Shown: positions 25,437 through 37,290 of the stretch, piece by piece
Layout: every line of letters begins with the position of its first letter
How positions within the stretch are numbered: the stretch's first letter is position 1
Source: Escherichia coli
GTDB lineage: Bacteria > Pseudomonadota > Gammaproteobacteria > Enterobacterales > Enterobacteriaceae
Assembly: GCF_001677475.2 (NCBI RefSeq)
Contig: NZ_CP015229.1
DNA: 64,000 bases
Strand: one strand, 5' to 3'
The notes under the pieces: generated by a model
What the model saw: the letters and a program-made list of their open reading frames with translations, nothing else
Database searches by the model: none
What the model was told of the DNA's origin: nothing
Translations under genes and position numbers: made by a program

Positions 25437-26438
25437 TCAGAGTTTAGCGAATTTTTCGAGGGTGCGAATGAGCTGTGTGACGAAGCCATATTCGTTATCG
25501 TACCAGGCGACCGTTTTCACCAGTTGTAAATCGCCCACGGCGGTAATTTCCGTTTGCGTGGCATCAAACACCGAACCGAAATGGCTGCCAATGATATCGG
25601 AAGAGACTATTTCTTCATCGGTATAACCAAATGACTCGTTATTGTTTGTCGCCTTTTTAAGCGCGTTGTTCACCTCTTCGGCAGTCACTTTTTTTCCGAG
25701 AATCGACACCAGTTCAGTGACCGAACCTGTTTTCACCGGCACGCGTTGCGCATGACCTTTCAGTTTGCCGCTCAGTTCCGGGATCACCAGACCAATGGCT
25801 TTTGCCGCCCCCGTAGTGTGGGGAATGATATTTTCTGCCGCTGCGCGTGAAGCACGTAAATCTTTACCACGCGGGCCATCAACCAGTGACTGGGTGCCAG
25901 TGTAGGCATGAATGGTCGTCATCGTGCCGACTTCTATCCCGAAACTGTCATGCAAGGCTTTGGCCATCGGCGCAAGGCAGTTAGTGGTGCATGACGCCAC
26001 GGAAACAATAGTGTCGTTGCCATCCAGAGTGTCGTCATTGACGTTATAAACGATGGTTTTCATTTCACCGGCAGGGGCGGAAATCAACACCTTCTTCGCG
26101 CCAGCATCAAGATGTGCCTGCGATTTCTCGGCGGAGGTATAAAAGCCAGTACATTCGACAATGATTTCTGCACCTTTCGCTTTCCACGGAATATTTTTAG
26201 CCTCTTTTTCGGCGTAAACCGCGATGCTTTTTCCATCAACGATAAGTGAATCTTCCGTAAAATCAACGCTCCAGGGGAACGGTCCGTAGTTTGAATCATG
26301 TTTCAGCAGGTAGGCGAGAATTTTTGGGGAAGTGAGATCATTAATAGCGACAATGTCTATGTTGCTTTTGACTTCAAGTAATCGACGCAACACCAGTCGA
26401 CCGATACGACCAAAACCGTTAATACCAACTTTACTCAT
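25437..26438 (-). CDS. gapC: Glyceraldehyde-3-phosphate dehydrogenase (GapC-type), intact ORF
   Basis: Track ORF, 333 aa uninterrupted; GAPDH motifs INGFGRIGR and active-site SCTTNCLAP. Confidence 0.9.
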   Translation of the reverse strand: MSKVGINGFGRIGRLVLRRLLEVKSNIDIVAINDLTSPKILAYLLKHDSNYGPFPWSVDFTEDSLIVDGKSIAVYAEKEAKNIPWKAKGAEIIVECTGFYTSAEKSQAHLDAGAKKVLISAPAGEMKTIVYNVNDDTLDGNDTIVSVASCTTNCLAPMAKALHDSFGIEVGTMTTIHAYTGTQSLVDGPRGKDLRASRAAAENIIPHTTGAAKAIGLVIPELSGKLKGHAQRVPVKTGSVTELVSILGKKVTAEEVNNALKKATNNNESFGYTDEEIVSSDIIGSHFGSVFDATQTEITAVGDLQLVKTVAWYDNEYGFVTQLIRTLEKFAKL

Positions 26439-26626
26439 GGTCTTCTCCTGTCAGGAACGTTCGGATGAAAATTGATCCTTTCCAGGCTTAGACCAGGATG
26501 GCGGGATGGGCAATCTACATTCTTGCCGTGAAACGTAACGTACTGAAAATGGGTGAACAATATTTAATGAAATTTTAAGAAAAGCTCGTTATGTTAACAG
26601 CAAATTGTTTTAAAGCAGGAAATGTT

Positions 26627-27157
26627 ATGGAAAATAAATACTCTAGGTTACAAATCAGCATTCACTGGCTGGTCTTTTTGCTGGTTATCGCAGCGTATTG
26701 CGCAATGGAGTTTCGTGGTTTCTTCCCACGTAGCGATCGGCCGCTCATCAACATGATTCATGTTTCCTGTGGCATCACAATTCTCGTGCTGATGATGGTT
26801 CGTCTTTTGTTAAGGCTGAAATACCCAACCCCGCCGATTATACCTAAGCCAAAACCGATGATGACGGGACTGGCGCATTTGGGACATTTGGTGATCTATC
26901 TCCTGTTTATTGCGCTGCCAGTGATTGGTTTGGTGATGATGTATAACCGGGGTAACCCGTGGTTTGCGTTTGGTATAACGATGCCTTATGCATCAGAGGC
27001 CAATTTCGAACGGGTTGATAGCTTAAAGTCGTGGCATGAAACGCTGGCGAATCTGGGATACTTTGTCATCGGGTTGCACGCTGCGGCTGCACTGGCACAC
27101 CACTATTTCTGGAAGGACAACACACTTCTACGCATGATGCCGCGTAAACGTTCCTGA
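26627..27157 (+). CDS. cybB: Cytochrome b561
   Basis: Start at ATG 26627 (MENKYSRLQISIHW) with AGGA RBS, inside track ORF 26591..27157; 176 aa; membrane haem protein. Confidence 0.9.
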   Translation: MENKYSRLQISIHWLVFLLVIAAYCAMEFRGFFPRSDRPLINMIHVSCGITILVLMMVRLLLRLKYPTPPIIPKPKPMMTGLAHLGHLVIYLLFIALPVIGLVMMYNRGNPWFAFGITMPYASEANFERVDSLKSWHETLANLGYFVIGLHAAAALAHHYFWKDNTLLRMMPRKRS

Positions 27158-27166
27158 AGGATATTT

Positions 27167-27231
27167 AAAGAAAACGCCTGTACTAAAACCGACCCGTGGT
27201 ACAGGCGAAGAATACGGGCCTACATCGGAAG
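27167..27231 (-). ncRNA. rydC: Small regulatory RNA RydC
   Basis: Minus-strand sequence CTTCCGATGTAGGCCCGTATTCTTCGCCTGTACCACGGGTCGGTTTTAGTACAGGCGTTTTCTTT matches remembered RydC; in the cybB-ydcA intergenic region; terminator hairpin plus U-tract. Confidence 0.75.
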
Positions 27232-27401
27232 CGCCTATTATATTTATTTGTATGACAAATAAAACCATAATCCTTGTCCATACGTCCATCTGGCTTATCT
27301 TTAATCAATTCACCCGATCTTTGATCTCATCAACGGTATCAAAATAAACCAGCGTATAACGTTAAAATCAAACATAAGATTCGATAAATCATGGAGGTTA
27401 T

Positions 27402-27575
27402 ATGAAAAAACTGGCATTTATCTTGGTTATGGGAACGCTTGTTTCCTTTTATGCCGATGCCGGGCGCAAACCCTGTTCTGGTTCGAAAGGGGGGATCTCA
27501 CACTGTACGGCAGGCGGCAAATTTGTTTGTAATGATGGTTCTATTAGTGCATCGAAAAAAACATGCACTAACTGA
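27402..27575 (+). CDS. ydcA: Small secreted protein YdcA (57 aa)
   Basis: Not in ORF track (under 60 aa); ATG 27402 with GGAGG RBS; translated by hand: [57 protein letters not shown]. Confidence 0.8.
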   Translation: MKKLAFILVMGTLVSFYADAGRKPCSGSKGGISHCTAGGKFVCNDGSISASKKTCTN

Positions 27576-27646
27576 AGTGTAAAAGGGGTGCCATGAGAAA
27601 ATGAATCCGCTAGTCAGATGCGCGGGGAAAATTCCCGCGCTTGCCC

Positions 27647-27843
<197 letters not shown>

Positions 27844-27854
<11 letters not shown>

Positions 27855-27900
27855 TCGTTGGCCTCGGTTGATAGAAATATCGGTCGGGGCCTTCGTCTTT
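27844..27900 (+). ncRNA. sokB: Predicted SokB antisense RNA (antitoxin of hokB); boundaries approximate
   Basis: Plus-strand promoter-like TTGCCG (27808-27813), 17-bp spacer, TAAGAT (27831-27836) inside mokB, transcribing antisense across the mokB start; imperfect hairpin then U-rich tract near 27859-27900. Confidence 0.4.
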
Positions 27901-28128
27901 CTGATTCCCGGTTAGCCTGAAAACAGAAAGTCTCAGGCACCCGTGAGCATCCTATGTGGTTTCCTTAGGGACGAAAATAATCACCTGACGAAATTGCGTG
28001 CTGTTTTCCAGAATTTTTCGTTATTCGGTTTAGCCAGTTTAATCATTCGTTACTCTCTTCATTCCAATGGCATTAATCTTCTCTGCAATAATTGTTGTAA
28101 AAATGTGACGCAAAGAGGTTTTTGGTCG

Positions 28129-28155
28129 TAAGTAATTACCGTCAAGTGCCGATGA
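28129..28155 (+). promoter_or_regulatory. Candidate sigma-28 (FliA) promoter for trg
   Basis: TAAGTAAT, 11-nt spacer, GCCGATGA; the -10 matches the sigma-28 consensus GCCGATAA at 7/8, the -35 is weak; about 40 bp upstream of trg. Confidence 0.4.
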
Positions 28156-28194
28156 CTTTCTATCAGGAGTAAACCTGGAAGAGAGACAACGGTA

Positions 28195-29835
28195 ATGAAT
28201 ACAACTCCCTCACAGCGATTAGGTTTTTTGCATCACATCAGGCTGGTTCCGTTATTTGCCTGCATTCTTGGCGGTATCTTAGTTCTATTCGCATTAAGTT
28301 CAGCCCTGGCCGGCTATTTCCTTTGGCAGGCCGATCGCGATCAGCGTGATGTTACTGCGGAGATTGAGATTCGGACCGGGTTAGCGAACAGTTCAGATTT
28401 TTTGCGTTCAGCCCGGATCAATATGATTCAGGCCGGTGCTGCGAGTCGTATTGCGGAAATGGAAGCAATGAAGCGAAATATTGCGCAAGCCGAATCGGAG
28501 ATTAAACAGTCGCAGCAAGGTTATCGTGCTTATCAGAAGAGGTCGGTGAAAACACCTGCTGATGAAGCCCTCGACACTGAATTAAATCAACGCTTCCAGG
28601 CTTATATCACGGGTATGCAACCTATGTTGAAATATGCCAAAAATGGCATGTTTGAAGCGATTATCAATCATGAAAGTGAGCAGATCCGACCGCTGGATAA
28701 TGCTTATACCGATATTTTGAACAAAGCCGTTAAGATACGTAGCACCAGAGCCAACCAACTGGCGGAACTGGCCCATCAGCGCACCCGCCTGGGTGGGATG
28801 TTCATGATTGGCGCGTTTGTGCTTGCCCTGGTCATGACGCTGATAACATTTATAGTGCTACGTCGGATCGTCATTCGTCCACTGCAACATGCCGCACAAC
28901 GGATTGAAAAAATCGCCAGTGGCGATTTGACGATGAATGATGAACCGGCGGGTCGTAATGAAATCGGTCGCTTAAGTCGTCATTTACAGCAAATGCAGCA
29001 TTCATTGGGGATGACAGTAGGGACCGTTCGACAGGGCGCGGAAGAGATTTATCGTGGCACCAGCGAAATTTCCGCTGGCAATGCGGACCTGTCATCTCGC
29101 ACCGAAGAACAAGCGTCGGCAATTGAACAAACTGCCGCCAGCATGGAGCAACTCACTGCGACGGTGAAACAGAATGCGGATAACGCGCATCATGCCAGCC
29201 AACTGGCGCAAAAGGCTTCTATTAAAGCCAACGATGGCGGGCAGACGGTTTCCGGTGTAGTAAAAACGATGGGGGCTATCTCCACGAGTTCGAAGAAAAT
29301 TTCTGAGATCACCGCCGTCATCAACAGTATTGCTTTCCAGACGAATATTCTGGCACTGAATGCTGCCGTTGAAGCCGCGCGAGCGGGTGAGCAAGGGCGT
29401 GGATTTGCCGTTGTCGCCAGCGAAGTACGGACACTCGCAAGCCGCAGCGCCCAGGCGGCGAAAGAGATTGAAGGCTTGATCAGTGAATCAGTTAGGTTAA
29501 TTGACCTGGGGTCGGATGAGGTGGCAACGGCAGGGAAAACCATGAGCACTATTGTTGATGCCGTCGCGAGTGTCACACATATCATGCAGGAAATCGCCGC
29601 CGCCTCGGATGAACAAAGCAGAGGCATAACACAGATTAGCCAGGCGATTTCTGAAATGGATAAGGTGACGCAACAGAATGCTTCTCTGGTAGAAGAGGCC
29701 TCAGCGGCGGCGGTGTCCCTTGAAGAACAGGCGGCACGATTAACTGAGGCGGTGGACGTATTCCGTCTGAACAAACATTCTGTGTCGGCAGATCCTCGCG
29801 GAGCTGGTGAACCAGTTAGTTTCGCTACGGTGTGA
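28195..29835 (+). CDS. trg: Methyl-accepting chemotaxis protein III (ribose/galactose sensor)
   Basis: Track ORF, 546 aa; two TM segments, HAMP, and the conserved MCP signalling domain. Confidence 0.95.
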   Translation: MNTTPSQRLGFLHHIRLVPLFACILGGILVLFALSSALAGYFLWQADRDQRDVTAEIEIRTGLANSSDFLRSARINMIQAGAASRIAEMEAMKRNIAQAESEIKQSQQGYRAYQKRSVKTPADEALDTELNQRFQAYITGMQPMLKYAKNGMFEAIINHESEQIRPLDNAYTDILNKAVKIRSTRANQLAELAHQRTRLGGMFMIGAFVLALVMTLITFIVLRRIVIRPLQHAAQRIEKIASGDLTMNDEPAGRNEIGRLSRHLQQMQHSLGMTVGTVRQGAEEIYRGTSEISAGNADLSSRTEEQASAIEQTAASMEQLTATVKQNADNAHHASQLAQKASIKANDGGQTVSGVVKTMGAISTSSKKISEITAVINSIAFQTNILALNAAVEAARAGEQGRGFAVVASEVRTLASRSAQAAKEIEGLISESVRLIDLGSDEVATAGKTMSTIVDAVASVTHIMQEIAAASDEQSRGITQISQAISEMDKVTQQNASLVEEASAAAVSLEEQAARLTEAVDVFRLNKHSVSADPRGAGEPVSFATV

Positions 29836-29872
29836 AAATGTTAAAGGGGGGATCGACAGATCCCTTCACCTT

Positions 29873-30796
29873 TCAGAACGGCATTGATTTTCGAATAGCG
29901 TTAATCATCAACTGGCAACCAGAAGAGAACGTCGCATCTACGCGGGTCAGTATTCCAATCGGTTCGCCTGCACCATGTCCCGGAACAGGCAGGGCCACCA
30001 GAGTGGCATGACGCAGGTCGTCTTTTACAGCGCCAGAAGGGACAAACCACACGTAGTCGTATTCAACCGTAAGTTGACGAGATAGCGAAGCAGACAGCGT
30101 TTCGATACAACCCGAAGGAATTTTACATCCCTGGCTCTGCACTAATGCATCTGAATGCTGGCGTGGCGCAGTGCCTTCTGGTGATACAACGACCGGCCAT
30201 TCCAGCACCCGGCTTAGCGTTACGTTCTCCTGAAGTAGCGGGTGATTAGGGCGGACAACCAGCTTCAGCGATTCAAGAAACAGCAGTTCGTAATTAAGCC
30301 CGGTCATCAGTTCAGGATCTGACATCCGACCAATGCCGATATCGATTTCCCCGGTTTTTAAACCCGCCAGAATCATAGGGTTACTCATTGTCGCAACTTG
30401 CAAGGTCGTCTCTTTTTGTTGCTGATGAAACTGACCTATAACCGAAGGTAATATCCCCAGTGCCGCAGTAGGTAGTGCACCAACCCTGACGACATCATTA
30501 TTAAGACCTTCTTTACGATGAAGCGACTGTCCGGCAGTGTTGATGGCGTCAAGAACTCTGACTGCATGCGTTAAAAATTGCTCGCCGGGTAAGGTAAGTT
30601 GCGCCCCCTGACGACCACGCTCAAACAAGCGAGCGCCCGTCAGCTGCTCCAGTTCATTCAATGTCTTAGAGAGCGCAGGTTGACTCAAATTAAGGGTTTC
30701 AGCCGCGCGCCCCAAAGTTCCTTGTTGTGCGACAGCTACGAATGTATGAAGGTGGCGCAAACGGATGCGCTGACTAAACAGACTATTTTTTTCCAT
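29873..30796 (-). CDS. ydcI: LysR-family transcriptional regulator (307 aa)
   Basis: Start at ATG 30796 (MEKNSLFSQRIRLRHLHTFVAVAQQG) inside track ORF 29873..30937; N-terminal HTH. Confidence 0.85.
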   Translation of the reverse strand: MEKNSLFSQRIRLRHLHTFVAVAQQGTLGRAAETLNLSQPALSKTLNELEQLTGARLFERGRQGAQLTLPGEQFLTHAVRVLDAINTAGQSLHRKEGLNNDVVRVGALPTAALGILPSVIGQFHQQQKETTLQVATMSNPMILAGLKTGEIDIGIGRMSDPELMTGLNYELLFLESLKLVVRPNHPLLQENVTLSRVLEWPVVVSPEGTAPRQHSDALVQSQGCKIPSGCIETLSASLSRQLTVEYDYVWFVPSGAVKDDLRHATLVALPVPGHGAGEPIGILTRVDATFSSGCQLMINAIRKSMPF

Positions 30797-31012
30797 AAGC
30801 GATGTTAAAAACGAAGCGGTGTCGCTGACAAGTGAAGTTGTTTGATTATGATAACTTGATTGCAAAATATTATTAACAATTAAAGCAATCATGTTACAAC
30901 AAAATGGATAATATTGATGTTTTCGCGGCGAGATCACAGTTTGTAAATTCTTCCCGCCGGAGTGAATGCGGTTACCTACACTCCAGATTACTGACCACTG
31001 GAGGCAGATACT

Positions 31013-32356
31013 ATGGCGAACAGCATCACGGCGGATGAGATTCGGGAACAGTTTTCGCAGGTAATGTCAGCCATGTACCAGCAAGAAGTTCCGCAGTACG
31101 GCACGCTGCTGGAACTGGTAGCTGATGTGAATCTGGCTGTGCTGGAAAACAATCCTCAACTGCACGAAAAAATGGTAAATGCAGACGAGCTGGCGCGACT
31201 GAATGTTGAACGTCATGGGGCGATTCGCGTTGGGACTGCACAAGAGCTTGCTACTCTTCGGCGGATGTTTGCCATTATGGGGATGTACCCGGTGAGCTAT
31301 TACGATCTCTCGCAGGCGGGGGTGCCGGTACATTCGACAGCATTTCGGCCTATTGATGATGCTTCTCTGGCGCGTAATCCCTTCCGCGTTTTTACTTCAT
31401 TACTCCGACTTGAGCTTATCGAGAACGAAATTTTGCGCCAGAAAGCGGCGGAGATTCTGCGTCAGCGCGATATCTTCACCCCACGTTGTCGACAACTGTT
31501 AGAGGAATATGAGCAGCGGGGCGGTTTTAACGAAACACAGGCACAGGAGTTTGTGCAGGAAGCCCTGGAAACGTTTCGCTGGCACCAGTCAGCAACGGTA
31601 GATGAAGAAACCTATCGCGCCTTGCACAACGAACATCGGTTGATTGCTGATGTGGTCTGTTTTCCTGGATGCCATATCAACCACCTGACGCCACGTACGC
31701 TGGATATTGACCGGGTGCAGTCGATGATGCCTGAATGCGGAATTGAACCCAAAATTCTGATCGAGGGGCCGCCGCGCCGCGAGGTGCCGATTTTACTACG
31801 CCAGACCAGCTTTAAAGCACTGGAAGAGACGGTGTTGTTTGCGGGGCAGAAACAGGGCACGCATACCGCGCGCTTTGGTGAAATAGAGCAGCGTGGCGTG
31901 GCATTAACGCCGAAAGGGCGACAACTGTATGATGATCTTCTGTGTAACGCTGGAACCGGGCAGGATAATCTCACTCACCAAATGCATTTACAGGAAACCT
32001 TCCGCACTTTTCCTGACAGTGAGTTTTTAATGCGTCAGCAAGGGCTGGCATGGTTCCGGTACCGTCTGACGCCTTCGGGTGAGGCGCATCGTCAGGCGAT
32101 TCATCCTGGAGACGATCCACAGCCCTTAATTGAACGTGGTTGGGTAGTGGCGCAACCCATCACCTATGAAGATTTCTTGCCCGTTAGCGCGGCGGGGATC
32201 TTCCAGTCAAATCTGGGTAATGAAACGCAGACACGCAGTCACGGTAATGCCAGTCGCGAAGCATTTGAGCAGGCGTTGGGTTGTCCGGTTTTGAATGAGT
32301 TCCAGCTTTATCAGGAAGCGGAAGAACGCAGTAAACGTCGCTGTGGTTTGCTTTAA
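31013..32356 (+). CDS. ydcJ: DUF1338-family protein YdcJ
   Basis: Track ORF, 447 aa; matches remembered YdcJ; divergent from ydcI. Confidence 0.85.
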   Translation: MANSITADEIREQFSQVMSAMYQQEVPQYGTLLELVADVNLAVLENNPQLHEKMVNADELARLNVERHGAIRVGTAQELATLRRMFAIMGMYPVSYYDLSQAGVPVHSTAFRPIDDASLARNPFRVFTSLLRLELIENEILRQKAAEILRQRDIFTPRCRQLLEEYEQRGGFNETQAQEFVQEALETFRWHQSATVDEETYRALHNEHRLIADVVCFPGCHINHLTPRTLDIDRVQSMMPECGIEPKILIEGPPRREVPILLRQTSFKALEETVLFAGQKQGTHTARFGEIEQRGVALTPKGRQLYDDLLCNAGTGQDNLTHQMHLQETFRTFPDSEFLMRQQGLAWFRYRLTPSGEAHRQAIHPGDDPQPLIERGWVVAQPITYEDFLPVSAAGIFQSNLGNETQTRSHGNASREAFEQALGCPVLNEFQLYQEAEERSKRRCGLL

Positions 32357-32580
32357 ATTCTGACCATCCGCCTTTGCAAAAATTTGCCTGATTTTACAAT
32401 CGAATCAGGCTCATCCCATCGACATAAAAAAATTGCCAATTTATGCATATTCTCTGAGTTCAACAATTGGATTATTAATAAATATTGTCTAGAGTGAGCG
32501 GTCATAAATAAGCACTTTCTTGCCGCTGAAAACGACCAGCGCGGGACCATTCACAACACCAGAAGGACTCACTTTCAGGT

Positions 32581-34236
32581 ATGGATCGTAGACGATTTAT
32601 TAAAGGTTCAATGGCTATGGCCGCCGTGTGCGGTACCAGCGGCATTGCTTCTCTTTTTTCTCAGGCGGCATTCGCGGCAGATTCTGATATTGCCGACGGG
32701 CAAACTCAGCGTTTTGACTTCTCCATTCTACAGTCAATGGCGCACGACTTAGCGCAAACAGCGTGGCGTGGTGCGCCGCGTCCGTTACCTGACACGCTGG
32801 CGACAATGACGCCGCAGGCTTATAACAGTATTCAATACGACGCCGAAAAATCGCTCTGGCATAACGTTGAGATCCGTCAACTGGACGCTCAGTTCTTCCA
32901 TATGGGAATGGGATTCCGTCGCCGCGTTCGTATGTTTTCTGTTGATCCAGCAACACATCTGGCGCGTGAAATTCACTTTCGCCCGGAGTTGTTCAAATAC
33001 AACGATGCAGGTGTTGATACCAAACAATTAGAAGGGCAAAGCGATCTCGGCTTTGCCGGTTTTCGCGTGTTTAAAGCCCCCGAACTGGCGCGCCGTGATG
33101 TAGTATCATTCCTCGGCGCGAGTTATTTCCGCGCCGTTGATGATACATATCAATACGGTTTGTCCGCCCGCGGCCTGGCGATCGACACTTACACCGACAG
33201 TAAAGAAGAGTTCCCCGACTTTACCGCCTTCTGGTTTGATACGGTAAAACCGGGGGCAACCACCTTTACCGTTTATGCGTTGCTCGATAGCGCCAGCATT
33301 ACTGGTGCCTATAAGTTCACTATCCATTGTGAGAAAAGTCAGGTGATTATGGATGTGGAAAATCACCTGTATGCGCGCAAAGACATTAAACAGCTGGGCA
33401 TTGCGCCGATGACCAGCATGTTCAGCTGCGGTACTAATGAACGTCGGATGTGCGATACAATTCATCCGCAAATTCATGACTCTGATCGTCTGTCCATGTG
33501 GCGGGGCAACGGCGAGTGGATTTGCCGTCCGCTGAATAATCCGCAAAAATTGCAGTTCAATGCTTACACCGACAACAACCCGAAAGGGTTTGGTTTATTG
33601 CAACTGGATCGTGATTTCTCCCATTATCAGGACATTATGGGCTGGTATAACAAACGCCCAAGTCTGTGGGTGGAACCGCGTAACAAGTGGGGTAAGGGCA
33701 CCATCGGCCTGATGGAAATCCCAACAACGGGCGAAACGCTGGATAACATTGTCTGCTTCTGGCAGCCAGAAAAAGCTGTAAAAGCGGGTGATGAGTTTGC
33801 ATTCCAGTATCGTCTGTACTGGAGTGCGCAACCGCCTGTTCATTGCCCATTAGCGCGCGTTATGGCAACGCGTACCGGCATGGGCGGTTTCCCGGAAGGT
33901 TGGGCGCCAGGTGAACACTATCCCGAAAAATGGGCGCGTCGTTTTGCCGTCGATTTCGTTGGTGGTGATCTGAAAGCTGCCGCACCAAAAGGCATTGAGC
34001 CGGTGATTACGCTTTCCAGTGGGGAAGCGAAGCAAATCGAAATTCTCTATATTGAACCCATTGATGGTTATCGTATTCAGTTTGACTGGTATCCGACGTC
34101 GGACTCCACTGATCCGGTCGATATGCGGATGTATCTGCGTTGTCAGGGCGACGCTATCAGTGAAACATGGCTGTATCAGTATTTCCCGCCAGCGCCGGAT
34201 AAACGTCAGTATGTTGACGACCGCGTGATGAGTTAA
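32581..34236 (+). CDS. opgD: Glucans biosynthesis protein D (periplasmic, Tat signal)
   Basis: Track ORF, 551 aa; N-terminal twin-arginine motif [10 protein letters not shown]. Confidence 0.9.
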   Translation: MDRRRFIKGSMAMAAVCGTSGIASLFSQAAFAADSDIADGQTQRFDFSILQSMAHDLAQTAWRGAPRPLPDTLATMTPQAYNSIQYDAEKSLWHNVEIRQLDAQFFHMGMGFRRRVRMFSVDPATHLAREIHFRPELFKYNDAGVDTKQLEGQSDLGFAGFRVFKAPELARRDVVSFLGASYFRAVDDTYQYGLSARGLAIDTYTDSKEEFPDFTAFWFDTVKPGATTFTVYALLDSASITGAYKFTIHCEKSQVIMDVENHLYARKDIKQLGIAPMTSMFSCGTNERRMCDTIHPQIHDSDRLSMWRGNGEWICRPLNNPQKLQFNAYTDNNPKGFGLLQLDRDFSHYQDIMGWYNKRPSLWVEPRNKWGKGTIGLMEIPTTGETLDNIVCFWQPEKAVKAGDEFAFQYRLYWSAQPPVHCPLARVMATRTGMGGFPEGWAPGEHYPEKWARRFAVDFVGGDLKAAAPKGIEPVITLSSGEAKQIEILYIEPIDGYRIQFDWYPTSDSTDPVDMRMYLRCQGDAISETWLYQYFPPAPDKRQYVDDRVMS

Positions 34237-34375
34237 TTGTTTTTTCTTCGGCACCTTCTTCGGGAGGTGCTGTCTGGTTAAACACGATCCCGCTCGCATT
34301 TTTCCCTAAGTTAAATGAGTAATCTGATGGTGTGTATTTCAGATACAACTTGTCAGCCACTAACAGGGAGTGCGT

Positions 34376-34600
34376 ATGTTTCCAGAATACCGAGATTTAA
34401 TATCCCGTCTGAAAAACGAAAATCCTCGCTTTATGTCCTTGTTCGATAAACACAATAAACTTGATCATGAAATTGCCAGAAAGGAAGGTTCCGACGGTCG
34501 AGGTTACAATGCGGAAGTGGTCCGCATGAAAAAACAAAAGCTACAGTTAAAAGATGAGATGCTCAAAATCCTGCAGCAGGAGAGCGTCAAAGAGGTGTAA
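34376..34600 (+). CDS. ydcH: DUF465-family small protein YdcH (74 aa)
   Basis: Track ORF 34370..34600; start at ATG 34376 (MFPEYRDLISRLK). Confidence 0.8.
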   Translation: MFPEYRDLISRLKNENPRFMSLFDKHNKLDHEIARKEGSDGRGYNAEVVRMKKQKLQLKDEMLKILQQESVKEV

Positions 34601-34608
34601 ACTTTCCT

Positions 34609-34633
34609 AAGCCGCCAGCCAGGCGGCTTTTTT
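34609..34633 (+). terminator. Rho-independent terminator after ydcH
   Basis: Stem AAGCCGCC/GGCGGCTT with loop AGCC, then T6. Confidence 0.75.
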
Positions 34634-34662
34634 AACAACTGCATGGATTGACTGGAGATAAG

Positions 34663-35202
34663 ATGACTGAAACGATAAAAGTAAGCGAATCACTTGAATT
34701 ACATGCTGTTGCGGAAAGTCATGTCACACCTCTTTATCAGTTAATCTGTAAAAATAAAACCTGGTTACAGCAGTCGCTAAACTGGCCGCAGTTCGTTCAG
34801 AGTGAAGAGGACACGCGAAAAACGGTGCAGGGTAATGTGATGTTGCATCAACGCGGCTATGCCAAAATGTTCATGATTTTCAAAGAAGATGAACTTATCG
34901 GCGTTATCTCGTTTAATCGAATTGAACCACTGAATAAAACCGCTGAAATCGGCTACTGGCTGGACGAATCTCATCAGGGGCAGGGGATCATTTCTCAGGC
35001 GTTGCAGGCACTGATTCATCATTACGCCCAGTCTGGTGAACTTAGACGCTTCGTGATCAAATGTCGGGTGGACAATCCGCAAAGCAACCAGGTCGCTTTG
35101 CGCAATGGTTTTATTCTTGAAGGTTGCCTGAAACAGGCTGAGTTCCTGAATGATGCCTATGATGATGTGAACTTATACGCGCGTATTATCGATTCACAAT
35201 AA
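34663..35202 (+). CDS. rimL: Ribosomal-protein-L7/L12 serine acetyltransferase (GNAT)
   Basis: Start at ATG 34663 ([14 protein letters not shown]) inside track ORF 34648..35202; 179 aa. Confidence 0.85.
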   Translation: MTETIKVSESLELHAVAESHVTPLYQLICKNKTWLQQSLNWPQFVQSEEDTRKTVQGNVMLHQRGYAKMFMIFKEDELIGVISFNRIEPLNKTAEIGYWLDESHQGQGIISQALQALIHHYAQSGELRRFVIKCRVDNPQSNQVALRNGFILEGCLKQAEFLNDAYDDVNLYARIIDSQ

Positions 35203-36174
35203 CCCTGCCAGCGGCGTTCGCGTAATGCGCTCCTCGCCGTTAATGACTTTTGGACCACGGACATGAACCGTGTCGCCATCAAAGGCTTCAACGACGGCGT
35301 GGTCGGTTAACTCCACATGGTTTTCAATTATCACCGCATCTGTAATACGGCTCTTACCTTGTATTACAACGTGCTCGTCGAGCAGAATCGGTCCGCCACG
35401 TACCACGGCATTTCCGCCAATCAAGACATGATGTTTTAACACACAATTACCTTCCACAATGGCATATTCCGCCACCTGCGAACTGTAATGAATCGTCGGA
35501 ATGGCATCTTCTTCTATGCCAGCTTTCACCTGCGCGTGACCGTAGACTTTAGCGCAATCGCATAGCCATACGTTGTTCTCTTCATTACCTTCAACACTGG
35601 CAAAATCAAAAACTTCGGCGCGATGTTCAATAAAAGCATACCGGACGACGGCATCGCCATAAATTTGTGCCTGGTGGACAATACGCGAGGCGCTAACCCT
35701 CGCGCGATCATAAATTTGTAGCAGGAGTTGATGGTCGGGCGTTAAGCCTTGTGCGGCGACGATCATAGAATGTTGATCAATTAAGGCGTGACCAAATATT
35801 CTACATTGACCGCAAACTAATGAGTCACGAATGGTGACGCTGTCACTTATATATGCACCCTGGCTGATTTCACTATTATCGATCCAGACATTATCCGTTG
35901 CGTATACCTCTCCCCACAGCACGCTTATGCCGGTGATACGCGTATTCCCGGAAATCACCGCTCCGCCGAACGCAATAGCATTCTGGTCGTAAATCCAGCA
36001 ATTTCCTTCCTGTGCTAACACCGTTTCGCAATCGATCCAGCCGCCAGCGGTTCCTGCTATCACATCGTTAAAATCGCTCATGGCGATAATCTGCCGTAAT
36101 AACACACTTTTTTTAGTGCCATCATCCTGATAACTAAAGGCTCGCTGTTCTTCACTTAGACGATATTTGCGCAT
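35194..36174 (-). CDS. ydcK: Hexapeptide-repeat (left-handed beta-helix) protein YdcK
   Basis: Track ORF, 326 aa; 3' end overlaps rimL by 9 bp (convergent). Confidence 0.85.
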   Translation of the reverse strand: MRKYRLSEEQRAFSYQDDGTKKSVLLRQIIAMSDFNDVIAGTAGGWIDCETVLAQEGNCWIYDQNAIAFGGAVISGNTRITGISVLWGEVYATDNVWIDNSEISQGAYISDSVTIRDSLVCGQCRIFGHALIDQHSMIVAAQGLTPDHQLLLQIYDRARVSASRIVHQAQIYGDAVVRYAFIEHRAEVFDFASVEGNEENNVWLCDCAKVYGHAQVKAGIEEDAIPTIHYSSQVAEYAIVEGNCVLKHHVLIGGNAVVRGGPILLDEHVVIQGKSRITDAVIIENHVELTDHAVVEAFDGDTVHVRGPKVINGEERITRTPLAGLL

Positions 36175-36297
36175 AGCGTTTTCCCACAGGTGACTTACTA
36201 TAACCGTAGCAAATTCTGCGGCTCTGGCTATGCTCGAGAAAATTCCATAAAATGCATTTCAAATATACTTTATAAATTAAACAAAATGAGTAAGAAG

Positions 36298-37290
36298 ATG
36301 CAGAGCGATAAAGTGCTCAATTTGCCGGCAGGCTACTTTGGTATTGTGTTGGGGACGATAGGGATGGGATTTGCCTGGCGCTATGCCAGCCAGGTTTGGC
36401 AGGTCAGCCACTGGTTAGGGGATGGGCTGGTGATTCTGGCGATGATCATCTGGGGATTATTAACTAGCGCATTTATTACCCGACTCATACGCTTTCCGCA
36501 TAGCGTGCTGGCAGAAGTGCGCCATCCAGTGATGAGCAGTTTTGTGAGTTTGTTTCCGGCAACGACGATGCTGGTGGCGATTGGTTTTGTTCCGTGGTTT
36601 CGCCCACTGGCGGTGTGCCTGTTCAGTTTTGGTGTCGTGGTTCAGTTGGCTTATGCCGCCTGGCAAACTGCGGGATTATGGCGCGGATCTCACCCTGAAG
36701 AAGCTACCACGCCTGGACTGTATCTGCCGACAGTTGCCAACAACTTTATCAGCGCAATGGCCTGTGGTGCGTTGGGCTACACCGACGCCGGTCTGGTGTT
36801 TTTAGGCGCAGGCGTTTTCTCATGGCTAAGCCTTGAACCGGTGATCTTGCAGCGTCTGCGCAGTTCGGGAGAATTACCCACGGCACTGCGGACATCACTC
36901 GGCATTCAGCTCGCTCCTGCGCTGGTGGCCTGTAGTGCCTGGCTGAGCGTCAACGGCGGCGAGGGTGACACGCTGGCGAAAATGCTTTTCGGTTATGGAC
37001 TGCTGCAACTGCTGTTTATGCTACGTCTGATGCCATGGTATCTCTCCCAGCCATTTAATGCTTCATTCTGGAGTTTCTCGTTCGGCGTATCTGCACTGGC
37101 AACCACCGGTTTGCATCTGGGGAGTGGCAGCGATAATGGATTTTTCCATACGCTGGCGGTGCCGCTGTTTATCTTTACCAATTTTATTATTGCAATACTG
37201 CTCATCCGTACTTTTGCGCTTCTGATGCAGGGAAAATTGTTAGTCAGAACCGAGCGCGCCGTTTTAATGAAAGCAGAGGACAAAGAATGA
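36298..37290 (+). CDS. tehA: Tellurite resistance protein TehA (C4-dicarboxylate transporter/SLAC1 family)
   Basis: Start at ATG 36298 ([19 protein letters not shown]) inside track ORF 36190..37290; 330 aa; polytopic membrane protein. Confidence 0.9.
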   Translation: MQSDKVLNLPAGYFGIVLGTIGMGFAWRYASQVWQVSHWLGDGLVILAMIIWGLLTSAFITRLIRFPHSVLAEVRHPVMSSFVSLFPATTMLVAIGFVPWFRPLAVCLFSFGVVVQLAYAAWQTAGLWRGSHPEEATTPGLYLPTVANNFISAMACGALGYTDAGLVFLGAGVFSWLSLEPVILQRLRSSGELPTALRTSLGIQLAPALVACSAWLSVNGGEGDTLAKMLFGYGLLQLLFMLRLMPWYLSQPFNASFWSFSFGVSALATTGLHLGSGSDNGFFHTLAVPLFIFTNFIIAILLIRTFALLMQGKLLVRTERAVLMKAEDKE

